Source of the DNA: Dehalococcoidia bacterium
GTDB taxonomy: Bacteria > Chloroflexota > Dehalococcoidia > DSTF01 > RBG-16-68-14
Direction of reading: 5' to 3'
Length of the DNA stretch: 45,720 nucleotides
NCBI GenBank assembly: GCA_041497735.1
Contig: JBGQHA010000001.1
Span: forward strand, 1 to 45,720
Made by a program: the position numbers and the translations under genes. Below are positions 26,386-34,610 of this stretch, piece after piece (positions within the stretch are counted from its first letter, which is position 1; each line of letters starts with the position of its first letter). The notes under the pieces are model-generated. The model made no database searches. It was not told where the DNA came from and was given only the letters and a program-made list of their open reading frames with translations.

Positions 26386-27469
26386 CGAATCCCATCCTGT
26401 TCGCGATCGCGCTCCAGGCGTACTCTTCCCGAAAGGCGGCCGGCGGCTCGCACGGCGACGGTGTCGTGGCCGCCGAGACCATGGCGCACGCGAAGGCGTC
26501 CCACCCATCGACGACTCGCAGCAGGTCGCCGCACGCCTCGCGGTCGATGCCCTCGGCGCCGGCGGTCGTGCTCACGACAGGGCGGCCGCAGGCGATGCTC
26601 TCGATGATCTTGATGCGCGTGCCGCCGCCGCGTAGCAGCGGTACGACGACCGCGTCGGCGGCGTTGATCACGTCCTCGATGCGATCGACCAGGCCGGCGT
26701 ACCGCAGACGCGGATGCTGGATGCGCGCCGACAGCTCGTCCGAGCCACGGCCTGCGACGGCGATCCGGTAGCGGGCGCCGTGCGCGTCGAGGCGCGGCAG
26801 CAGCTCGCGATGCAGCAGCTCCAGCGCCTCGATGTTCGGCGCGTACTGGAGGTGGCCGAAGTAGAGGAACAGCAGCTCGCCCTCCGGCACCCCGAGCGCT
26901 TGGCGCATCGCTGCTCCTGCCGACGGATCGGGTTGGAAGCGCTCGTCGTCGTAACCGTTCGGCACCAGCACGGCCTTGTGCGCCGGCATACCGAGCGCGC
27001 GCAGCTTCTCGTGGTCGTCATCGGAGACGACGAAGACCCGATCGGCCAGCCGCAGCGCGAACCGTTCGTACAGCGCCATCACGCGCCACCAGCGCGATCC
27101 GCCGCGCCGGAAGCGGTCGCTCTCCACGTTGTGCGTGTCGAGGTAGAGCGGCGTCGCCTTCGGCAGACGCGCCAGCGCGACCGGGAGCATGGGCCACATG
27201 AAGCTGCTGATGATTGCGTCGGGCGACGTTTCGCGGATGACCGAGCGCAGGCGCGCGGCGTAACGCGGGTCGATGAACTGCGTGCGGCCCGGCGCGCCGA
27301 GCTCGTGCACCTCGATCGGCAGGTCCTTCTTTTCTGGAGACGCGAGCCGGGGGCATGCCAGCGCGACGTGATGCCGCCGCGCGAGGTACTTCGCCATGTT
27401 GTAGGTACGGCTCATGCCGCCGGTATTCGGCGGGAAGATGTCGAGCGGCGAAACGATGAGGATCTTCAC
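26378..27469 (-). CDS. GT4 family glycosyltransferase
   Basis: GTG start with AGGAG about 10 nt upstream. KILIVSPLDIFPPNTGGMSRTYNMAKYLARRH. C-terminal half VVPLLRGGGTRIKIIESIACGRPVVST. Confidence 0.8.
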   Translation of the reverse strand: MKILIVSPLDIFPPNTGGMSRTYNMAKYLARRHHVALACPRLASPEKKDLPIEVHELGAPGRTQFIDPRYAARLRSVIRETSPDAIISSFMWPMLPVALARLPKATPLYLDTHNVESDRFRRGGSRWWRVMALYERFALRLADRVFVVSDDDHEKLRALGMPAHKAVLVPNGYDDERFQPDPSAGAAMRQALGVPEGELLFLYFGHLQYAPNIEALELLHRELLPRLDAHGARYRIAVAGRGSDELSARIQHPRLRYAGLVDRIEDVINAADAVVVPLLRGGGTRIKIIESIACGRPVVSTTAGAEGIDREACGDLLRVVDGWDAFACAMVSAATTPSPCEPPAAFREEYAWSAIANRMGFDG

Positions 27470-27481
27470 GGCAGCGCGCTC

Positions 27482-28729
27482 CTACACGTGCTCCTCTTGT
27501 CGCGGCCGTTCCTCGGCCAGCGGCAACGGCGCGTCACGGACGCTCCTATCGGCGAGCGACGCGTAGAGGCGCGCCGTCTGCGCAGCGATGGCATCCCAGC
27601 TCAGGTCGCGCGCGAGAGCAGCAGAGCCGGCCTCGAGCTTGGCGCGGAACGCGCCGTCCGTCAGGACCGCGACGAGCGCTGCCGCGAGCTGCTCGACGTT
27701 GCCGGGCGAGACGACGGCGCGCTCGTCGGCGACCAGCTCCGGCAGACCACCGGCATCCGTCACGACGAGCGCCTTCTCGTGATAGAGGGCGCTCGCGCCG
27801 ACTGCGCTCTGCGCATCGAAGCGAAGGTAGGGCAGCGCCACAACGTCCGCCGCGGCGAAGAGCGCCCCGACCTGTGTCGCGGGCACAAACCCCAGATGCG
27901 TGTCGACGACGTCAACGAGATCGAGATCATCGATCAGGCGCTCGTAGCGGGACCAATCCTCCCACGGCTTGCCGGCGATCACCAGGCGCGCTTCCGGAAC
28001 GCGCTCACGCACGCGTGCGAAGGCCTGCAGCAGGACGTCGACGCCCTTGTAGGGCCGGATATTGCCGAAGCAGAGCACGATCTTGTCGTCCGGGGCCATG
28101 CGCAACACGCGGCGGGCGCCGGCGAGCGAAAGTCGATCGCCGGATGAGGCCAGGATGCCGAGTGGGATCACCTCGATCGGCTTGGCCGCTGGTACGAGCT
28201 CCGCCAGCCGATCGCGGCTGCGCGCATCGTGGACGACGTAGGTATCGGCCAGGCGCAGCACGAGGCGGTTGAGGACGCGCTGCCAGCGGCCGGCCTCGTG
28301 CGGCTCGACGTTGTGGACGGTGATGACCACGCGCCGGCGGCGCAGCCGCGCCAGCGACAGCACGGCGATGTACTGCGGCGCGAGGATGAAGCTCCACCAC
28401 TGCGCGTGCACGACCTGCCCCTTGAGCGTGAGGCCCGCCCAGAGCCACGAGAACGGGTTCCACCAGCGGAGCATGGTCCGGACGCGGACGTTGGGGAACT
28501 GCGGCCGCCGCGCTGTCGAATCCTGCAGCTCGCCGCCGGGGTAGAGACGGCGCGGGTACAGGCTGGCGAAGTCGATCACCTCGAGCGAGACGCCGGGCGT
28601 GCTCGCGAGGCCGGCGACGAGATGCGCCGTGTAATCGGCGACGCCTTTGTGCGGCGGCAGTGTGCTGATGAGGGTGACGCGGACAGCCCCGTTGCCGCCG
28701 CCTTCAGGACGCTGGGAACCGGCGGTCAT
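27482..28729 (-). CDS. GT4 family glycosyltransferase
   Basis: The ATG overlaps the upstream stop (ATGA at 28726-28729). VTLISTLPPHKGVADYTAHL ... CFGNIRPYKGVDVLLQAF ... ALPYLRFDAQSAVGASALYHEKALVVTDAGGLPELV. Confidence 0.8.
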   Translation of the reverse strand: MTAGSQRPEGGGNGAVRVTLISTLPPHKGVADYTAHLVAGLASTPGVSLEVIDFASLYPRRLYPGGELQDSTARRPQFPNVRVRTMLRWWNPFSWLWAGLTLKGQVVHAQWWSFILAPQYIAVLSLARLRRRRVVITVHNVEPHEAGRWQRVLNRLVLRLADTYVVHDARSRDRLAELVPAAKPIEVIPLGILASSGDRLSLAGARRVLRMAPDDKIVLCFGNIRPYKGVDVLLQAFARVRERVPEARLVIAGKPWEDWSRYERLIDDLDLVDVVDTHLGFVPATQVGALFAAADVVALPYLRFDAQSAVGASALYHEKALVVTDAGGLPELVADERAVVSPGNVEQLAAALVAVLTDGAFRAKLEAGSAALARDLSWDAIAAQTARLYASLADRSVRDAPLPLAEERPRQEEHV

Positions 28730-29775
28730 TGACGTCCTGCCGGAACCCGCTCCTTCTCCGTCGGGGTAATGGTGGGTGCGGCCGTGGTGCCGTTGCTCGA
28801 GAACGCGAGATCCTCACGCGTGAGGTCGTCGTAATAGCGGCGCTTCTCGATGAAGAGGATCTGCTCCTGCGTCTCACGGACACGGCCGAGCATATCGGCG
28901 AGGAGTGCGGTGAGGAAGGAAAACGCGCCCAGGATGAGGAAGATTGCGCCGAGCGTGGTGAACGAGGTATACGGCCTGGTTCGCCCGAAGATGATGAAGT
29001 TGATCAGGACGACCATCTCTGTAGCCGTGCCGAGCAGCGTGAGCAGGATGCCGATGGAGCCGAAGAAGGTCAGCGGCAGCCTGTCGCGGACGGCGCGCGC
29101 CAGGATGGTGAACGTGCGCAGGCCGTAGCGCAGCACGCTGTGGGCGATGCGCGATCGGCCGTGCTCGCGCACGCCGCGGATCGCGATCGGCACTTCTTCC
29201 ATCGTGAGCGCCTTGCGGTGCAGGTCGACGAGGGTTTCCTGCGTGTAGGTGTAGGCACCGAAGATGTTGATCTTGAGCGCGCAGCTTCGCGAGTAGGCGC
29301 GGAAGCCGCAGGCGACGTCGGTGAAGGGGCGGCCGCAGGCCCAGCCGGTCAGCCTGGCCATCATGAGGTTTCCCCAGCGCTTCAGGCCGGGCATCTCCGG
29401 CAGGAGCTCTGGGTCAGAAAAGCGAGTCGCCGTCACGAAGTCGGCGCGGCCCGAAAGGATCGGCTCGATCAGCTTGGCGATCTCCTCGGGCGGGTGCTGG
29501 CCGTCCGCGTCGAGGTTGACGATCACGTCGGCGCCTCGGCGCAGCGCGGCATCGATGCCGTTCGCAAACGCGCGTCCGAGGCCGAGGTTCGTATTGTGGG
29601 AGATGACGTGCGCGCCGTGGTCGAGCGCCACGCGCGGCGTGCCGTCTATCGAGCCGTCGTCGACGACGACAGTCTCGATCTCATCGATGCCGGAGATGTG
29701 CGCGGGGATACGTTCGAGGACGCCGGACAGCGACCGTTCTTCGTTGAGCGCCGGGATGATGACGACAAGCTTCAT
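28726..29775 (-). CDS. GT2 family polyprenyl-phosphate sugar synthase type (DPM1/GtrB/GacI-like) with C-terminal TM helices
   Basis: Start MKLVVIIPALNEE at 29775 with GGAG 8 nt upstream; the track ORF extends to 29844. VVVDDGSIDGT, NLDADGQHPPEEI. Two C-terminal hydrophobic helices (FFGSIGILLTLLG..., LGAIFLILGAFSFLTALLADML). Confidence 0.8.
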   Translation of the reverse strand: MKLVVIIPALNEERSLSGVLERIPAHISGIDEIETVVVDDGSIDGTPRVALDHGAHVISHNTNLGLGRAFANGIDAALRRGADVIVNLDADGQHPPEEIAKLIEPILSGRADFVTATRFSDPELLPEMPGLKRWGNLMMARLTGWACGRPFTDVACGFRAYSRSCALKINIFGAYTYTQETLVDLHRKALTMEEVPIAIRGVREHGRSRIAHSVLRYGLRTFTILARAVRDRLPLTFFGSIGILLTLLGTATEMVVLINFIIFGRTRPYTSFTTLGAIFLILGAFSFLTALLADMLGRVRETQEQILFIEKRRYYDDLTREDLAFSSNGTTAAPTITPTEKERVPAGRQ

Positions 29776-29928
29776 GATCCGTTCTCCGCCTTGAAAACGG
29801 GGCCGCTCTGGCGCGTCCAGGCCAGGGCGCTCAAGATACAACACAGCCAGGTCCTCCTGACCCAGATTCGCGAATAGTGAAATTCGCTATGAAGTGCCCA
29901 CCGACTCCATAACGATGGCGGGGAGGCT

Positions 29929-29937
29929 AGTATAACA
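29929..29937 (-). promoter_or_regulatory. Extended -10 element TGTTATACT for the 10-gene minus-strand operon
   Basis: Reverse complement of AGTATAACA at 29929-29937, about 150 nt upstream of the ATG at 29775. Confidence 0.4.
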
Positions 29938-29942
29938 GAAGC

Positions 29943-29971
29943 TTGACAGGCCCTGCTACTTATGTTAGAAC
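29943..29971 (+). promoter_or_regulatory. Sigma-70-type promoter TTGACA-N17-(TGt)TAGAAC for the dehydrogenase operon
   Basis: Perfect -35 TTGACA at 29943-29948, a 17-nt spacer ending in TGT, and -10 TAGAAC at 29966-29971. Confidence 0.45.
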
Positions 29972-29981
29972 GGGCTGCTCC

Positions 29982-29997
29982 GGGTCAACGTTGACCC
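29982..29997. promoter_or_regulatory. 16-bp perfect palindrome GGGTCAACGTTGACCC just downstream of the predicted -10
   Basis: Read directly; it is self-complementary over all 16 positions. Its position suits an operator or the first leader hairpin. Confidence 0.4.
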
Positions 29998-30013
29998 CGA
30001 ATCGCGAACTGAA

Positions 30014-30045
30014 CCCCGCCGTCCGCGGCGGGGTGTGTCTTTTGT
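30014..30045 (+). terminator. Intrinsic-terminator-like hairpin and U tract inside the 5' leader of the dehydrogenase operon (possible attenuator)
   Basis: CCCCGCCG-TCCG-CGGCGGGG (30014-30033) followed by TGTGTCTTTTGT. A second GACGGCGGGG (30048-30057) can pair with the same 5' arm. Confidence 0.45.
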
Positions 30046-30087
30046 AAGACGGCGGGGACCCGACTCGTTAGGTTGCTGAGGGAACAC

Positions 30088-31359
30088 GTGGGGACGCTTA
30101 CCGTCTCAGCGGATAGTGTTTCGTTCCGCATCCGAAGCCGCGAGGCAACGGTCGCGGTGGTGGGACTTGGCGTCGTCGGCTTGGCCCAGGCCGGCGTCCT
30201 GATGCGCGCTGGTTTTCGCGTCCTGGGCATCGATGTCAGCTCTGAGTGTGTGGCAGCGCTCTCGAACGGCGCGCGGCCGGCCGACATCGACGACTTCTGG
30301 AAGCTCAGTGATCGCTTCGAAAGCCTCAGTGAGGCCGACTGCGTCATCATCGCCGCTCCGACGAGCTACCAGCCGGACGGTACCCCCGACGTGAGCGCCG
30401 TGGCGGAGGCCGCGCGCGACATCGGCCGGAACCTGCACCCGGGCATGCTCGTCGTGCTCGAGAGCACCGTCCCGCCCGGTACCACGCGCGAGGTAGTCCT
30501 GCCGGCGCTCGAGGCGTCCGGCCTGCGCGCGGGACGCGACTTCTTCCTCGCCTTCTCGCCGGAGCGTATCGACCCGGGCAGCACAGCCCACCCGGTGGAA
30601 TCGATCCCGAAGCTCGTCGGCGGCATCACGCCACAGTGCGCCGCCGTTGCGTCCGAGCTGTACCGCTTCGTTGCGCCGCAGGTGCACACCGTCTCCAGTC
30701 CGGAGATCGCCGAGCTGGCGAAGGTCTTCGAGAACACGTTCCGGTTCGTCAACATCAGCCTCGCCAACGAGCTGGCGCTCATGTGCGGCGCGATGGGCCT
30801 CGATGTGCAAGAGGTGATCGACGCGGCGAGCACGAAGCCGTTCGCGTTCATGGCGCACCGGCCCGGCCCGGGCGTGGGTGGCCGCTGCATCCCGATGGCG
30901 CCGCATTACCTGTCGTGGGCCGCGGAGCGCGCCGGCGCGGAGCTGCCGGTCACGGCTGCGGCGATCGAGCTGAACGATGCGCTCCCGCGCCGCGTGGCGC
31001 AGCGCGCGCTGGCGCTCTTGGGCGACAAGACCTCGCCCGCCGTGCTGCTGCTCGGCGTCGCGTACAAGCCGAATATCGATGACACGCGCGGCTCCGTCGC
31101 GCTCGCGGTCGCAGCGGAGCTGCTGAGTTCCGGCGCACGGGTGCTCTATCACGACCCGCACGTGCCGTCTCTGACAATCGATGGGGAGACACTGCAATCG
31201 CAGCCGCTCGACGCGCGCCTGCTCGAGCGCGTGGACGCGGCGATCCTGCTCTGTCCCCACACGGCGATCGATCTCGATCTCGTCGCCCGCCATACGCGCG
31301 TCATCCTCGATCCTACAGGCCGCCTCCGCCCGGACGCAGAGCGCGTCTTCGGCGTGTAG
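30088..31359 (+). CDS. Nucleotide-sugar dehydrogenase (UDP-glucose/GDP-mannose dehydrogenase family, WecC/TviB-like)
   Basis: VAVVGLGVVGLAQAG (GxGxxG); catalytic-Cys region GPGVGGRCIPMAPHYL; C-terminal LLLGVAYKPNIDDTRGS. GTG 30088 behind GAGGGA is chosen; the track start is a TTG at 30073. The start is uncertain. Confidence 0.9.
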   Translation: MGTLTVSADSVSFRIRSREATVAVVGLGVVGLAQAGVLMRAGFRVLGIDVSSECVAALSNGARPADIDDFWKLSDRFESLSEADCVIIAAPTSYQPDGTPDVSAVAEAARDIGRNLHPGMLVVLESTVPPGTTREVVLPALEASGLRAGRDFFLAFSPERIDPGSTAHPVESIPKLVGGITPQCAAVASELYRFVAPQVHTVSSPEIAELAKVFENTFRFVNISLANELALMCGAMGLDVQEVIDAASTKPFAFMAHRPGPGVGGRCIPMAPHYLSWAAERAGAELPVTAAAIELNDALPRRVAQRALALLGDKTSPAVLLLGVAYKPNIDDTRGSVALAVAAELLSSGARVLYHDPHVPSLTIDGETLQSQPLDARLLERVDAAILLCPHTAIDLDLVARHTRVILDPTGRLRPDAERVFGV

Positions 31360-31371
31360 GCAGGCCCTCAC

Positions 31372-32391
31372 ATGCCTCCCGGCCCTCGCGACCTGCGCAC
31401 GGCGAAGCCGAAGATCGTCGTTATCGGCGGCGGCACCGGATCTCACATCATCCTCACCGGCCTCAAGCGGCACGACGTTGATATCACCGCGGTGGTCGCG
31501 ATGACCGATCGGGGCGGCAGCTCCGGCCGCTTGCGCGACGAGTTCGGGCACCTGCCGCCGGGCGACATCCGCCAGTGCCTAGCAGCCCTGGCGCCCGAAG
31601 AGCACGCGACGTTGCTGCTGCGACAGCTCTTCGGCTACCGCTTCGCCAAAGGCTCCGGCTTGAACGGCCACAGCTTCGGCAACTTGTTCATCACCGCACT
31701 TGTCGAGATCACGGGCAGCATCGACCGCGCAATCGAGGAGGCGGGCAACATCCTCGGCATCCGCGGCCGTGTGCTGCCGGTCACGCTCTCGAAGACCGAC
31801 CTCTGCGCGCGCCTCACCGACGGCACCGTGATCGTGGGCGAGGACCGGCTCGATGTGCGGCGCGAGAAAGTGGACGTGCCGATCGATTACGTGTACCTCG
31901 ATCCGCATGCGTACGTGAACCCGGCTGCGGCGCAGGCGATCCGCGAGGCAGACGTCGTCGTCCTCGGCCCGGGCGATCTCTATACGAGCATCATCGCCAA
32001 CCTGGCTGTCGATGGCGTGCCGGAGGCCGTCCGCTCGTCGAAGGGACGCAAAGTCTTCGCCTGTAACTTGGCGACCAAGCGCGGTGAGTCGGACGGCTTT
32101 GCGGCGTCGGACTTCGTGCGCGTCGTGCGGGAGTATCTGGGCGCAGAGGACGCGCTCGATACGGTGCTGATCAACTCGACGCCGGTGCCGCCACGCGTGC
32201 GGCAGCGCTATGAGTCCGAAGGTTCCTTCGTCGTCGAGGCGGACATCGAGGAGTGCCGCCGGCTCGTCCCGCACGTCGTCAGCCTGCCGCTCGCCAGCGC
32301 GGGAACGTACCTCCGCCACGACCCGGAGCGGCTGGCGCAGGCGGTCCTGGCTGTCGCTGAGGGCAAGTTAGCGGCCGCGGCGAACCAGTAG
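31372..32391 (+). CDS. YvcK / CofD-like (UPF0052, 2-phospho-L-lactate transferase superfamily) protein
   Basis: KIVVIGGGTGSHIILTGLKRHDVDITAVVAMTDRGGSSGRLRDEFGHLPPGDIRQCLAALA matches the family signature. 12-nt gap after the dehydrogenase gene. Confidence 0.85.
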   Translation: MPPGPRDLRTAKPKIVVIGGGTGSHIILTGLKRHDVDITAVVAMTDRGGSSGRLRDEFGHLPPGDIRQCLAALAPEEHATLLLRQLFGYRFAKGSGLNGHSFGNLFITALVEITGSIDRAIEEAGNILGIRGRVLPVTLSKTDLCARLTDGTVIVGEDRLDVRREKVDVPIDYVYLDPHAYVNPAAAQAIREADVVVLGPGDLYTSIIANLAVDGVPEAVRSSKGRKVFACNLATKRGESDGFAASDFVRVVREYLGAEDALDTVLINSTPVPPRVRQRYESEGSFVVEADIEECRRLVPHVVSLPLASAGTYLRHDPERLAQAVLAVAEGKLAAAANQ

Positions 32392-32474
32392 CACCCGTTG
32401 CCGGGTGGGGCTTCCGGCCGCTACCGTTCATCCGAGCGGCCGCTCGCGTTAGATCTCTGGGGAGCCGAATCGAG

Positions 32475-34592
32475 ATGCTGGAGAGCCTTCGAAAGCAAGC
32501 GCGCGCCCACCCGGGCGACCTGACGGCCGGAGCCGCGCTGGACAGCGCCCTGATGCTCCGGCTGGCGCGCGGCGCGCTCGGCGGGGCGGCGGTGCTGGCC
32601 CTGGAGCTCTTGGCGCTCGAGGCGCGCGTCTTCTCCGGACTCCCCGGGTACCCGGCGGCCATCCTTGTCTTCCTGAGCATGATCATCGTTCCGGGGCTGC
32701 TCCTCCACGACGCATTGCTGCCGCGTTCGCGCGCGGACATCATCGAGCGGCTGGCGATCGCGTTCCCGCTCGGCCTTGCGATCGCTGCGCCGTCGGGGCT
32801 GCTCGCGCTCTGGCTCGGCACGAGTCTCGGGGCGTGCATCCGGCTGCACATTGCGATCGCAGCAGTGGTCGCGGCGGGCTCGGCGTTCGTTGCGCCACCG
32901 GCGGCCGCCGTCTGGTTGACGCGCACCGTTCGCGGCTGGAACGCATCGACGGTGGTATTGCTGCTGCTGTTCGCCGTCGCGGCGGGCGGCGTTCTGACGT
33001 CGCCGTACTGGGGCGGGGATCGCCTCGCGCGAAACTTCGACGATTGGCGCTACATGACGTACGTCAACAGCTACTTGCACAGCGGCCACATTAGTCCGCT
33101 CCACCCGGTTGGCCTTGGCGAGGCAGCCTACCCGAGGATGGAGATCAACGCCTGGGTCGTTTTCCAGGCCGCCATCGCGCGCACCGCTGGCATCAGCGCC
33201 GAAAGCGTCGTGCTGAATGACCTCACGCCGATCTTAGTCGTGTTCGCGCTTATGGCGACGTACACGCTGGCGAAGGGACTGTTCCGCAGCCGTTCGGTGG
33301 CGCTGCTTGCGGTGCTGATCCAGCTCGGCTACGCGCTGATCGACATGTCGCACGACGAAGGGCTCGGCGCCAGCTTCCTCTTTCGCATGAGCGAGGACAA
33401 GATGGTCGGGACGTACATCCTGTTCCCGATCGGACTGCTCCTTGTCGCGCAGTTCTTCCGGCGCGCCCAGCCGAGCACGCTGGCCTGCTTCGCGCTCGTC
33501 TGCCTCGCGCTCTTCGTCGTGCATCCGCAGCCGCTGCTGTTCCTCGGCGTAACGCTGCTGGCCCTGGCGCTCTTCCGGTCGGCGTCGAAGCGCTCCTGGC
33601 AGCCGCTGCTCTGGTCGGCGGCGCTCGGCCTGCCGCTCGCCGCGTTCACGTTCGGCCAGTTCATCGTCTGGCACGCGTTCAACACCTCGTGGCCGGCGCT
33701 GTTCGACACGACGCTCACCTGGCGCGAGGCATTTAAGATCGTCCATCTGCCCGGCAAGATGATCATGGGCAACTTCCACCTCATCCTGCACCCGCTGATG
33801 ATCGGCTCGCTCGTGCTCGCGCCGCTGATCTGGTGGCGCGCGCGGCGGCTGCCGGCGCATCAGGCCATGCTCGCCGCGATGCTCGGCTGGCTGCCGTGGT
33901 TTTTCGTGCCGCCGCTCTCCACCGTCGCCGCGAAGCTGGCGTCCGCCGAGCTGACCGCGCGTCTGCCGTACATGGCGCCGGCCGCGATCGTCTGGGCGTA
34001 CGCGTTGCACCGTGTCCTGCGGCGTTCGCGCCGCTGGCGAGGCGCTCTGTCAGTACCGCGGGTTCTCGCGCCCGCAGCCGCGGCTGCTGTGCTCCTCGCA
34101 GGCGCGCTGCTCGTGCAGGAGCTGTACTTTCCGGCCGACCACGGCGCGTACTACACGTGGGCGAGCACGGACACGATCGTGAAGGGCACGGAGCATTCGA
34201 TCTTCCTCGGAGGGAAGGACCGGCTGCTCTCGCGCGAGTGGCGGATCAAGCCGGACGAGCGCGAGATGATCGAGTACCTGCGCACGCACGCGCCGGAAGG
34301 CGCGGTCGTGCTCGCGCCCGACGACGTAAGCCTGCACCTACCGGGCGTATTGTGGCAGGTGCGGCCGTTGTACTCACAGGCGATCATCGGGCAGTGGCAG
34401 CGGCCGCCGGTGATGGCCTTGTACCAGGGACAGCTCAGCGGTGATGCGCTGGCGAGCGCGCTGAGCCAGTCGCATGTGCGATATGCCATCGCGGCCTACT
34501 CGAGCTATGCAGACGCGGCGCTGAGCCAGCTGCCGTCGGCGAAGCTCGCTACGGAGATCGGGCCATACGAGGTCTACGGCATTGGCCAGTGA
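32475..34592 (+). CDS. Large polytopic membrane protein with a C-terminal soluble domain; possible GT-C-type enzyme (function unassigned)
   Basis: 705 aa with at least 12 hydrophobic helices, then an approximately 170-aa non-hydrophobic C-terminus. GGGGAG about 10 nt upstream of the ATG. Sits immediately upstream of a polyprenyl-P-sugar-synthase-type GT2. I recognise no family motif. Confidence 0.45.
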   Translation: MLESLRKQARAHPGDLTAGAALDSALMLRLARGALGGAAVLALELLALEARVFSGLPGYPAAILVFLSMIIVPGLLLHDALLPRSRADIIERLAIAFPLGLAIAAPSGLLALWLGTSLGACIRLHIAIAAVVAAGSAFVAPPAAAVWLTRTVRGWNASTVVLLLLFAVAAGGVLTSPYWGGDRLARNFDDWRYMTYVNSYLHSGHISPLHPVGLGEAAYPRMEINAWVVFQAAIARTAGISAESVVLNDLTPILVVFALMATYTLAKGLFRSRSVALLAVLIQLGYALIDMSHDEGLGASFLFRMSEDKMVGTYILFPIGLLLVAQFFRRAQPSTLACFALVCLALFVVHPQPLLFLGVTLLALALFRSASKRSWQPLLWSAALGLPLAAFTFGQFIVWHAFNTSWPALFDTTLTWREAFKIVHLPGKMIMGNFHLILHPLMIGSLVLAPLIWWRARRLPAHQAMLAAMLGWLPWFFVPPLSTVAAKLASAELTARLPYMAPAAIVWAYALHRVLRRSRRWRGALSVPRVLAPAAAAAVLLAGALLVQELYFPADHGAYYTWASTDTIVKGTEHSIFLGGKDRLLSREWRIKPDEREMIEYLRTHAPEGAVVLAPDDVSLHLPGVLWQVRPLYSQAIIGQWQRPPVMALYQGQLSGDALASALSQSHVRYAIAAYSSYADAALSQLPSAKLATEIGPYEVYGIGQ

Positions 34593-34610
34593 TCCTATCA
34601 TGAGCGATCG

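Noticed and set aside
32392-32474. Two small hairpins after the YvcK-like gene (CACCCG-TTGC-CGGGTG, and CGGCCGCT-N12-AGCGGCCG at 32415-32442), considered as terminators.
   Set aside because: The stems are short or have large loops, and no U tract follows. The next gene starts 83 nt after the stop with a good RBS, so read-through within one operon is more likely.
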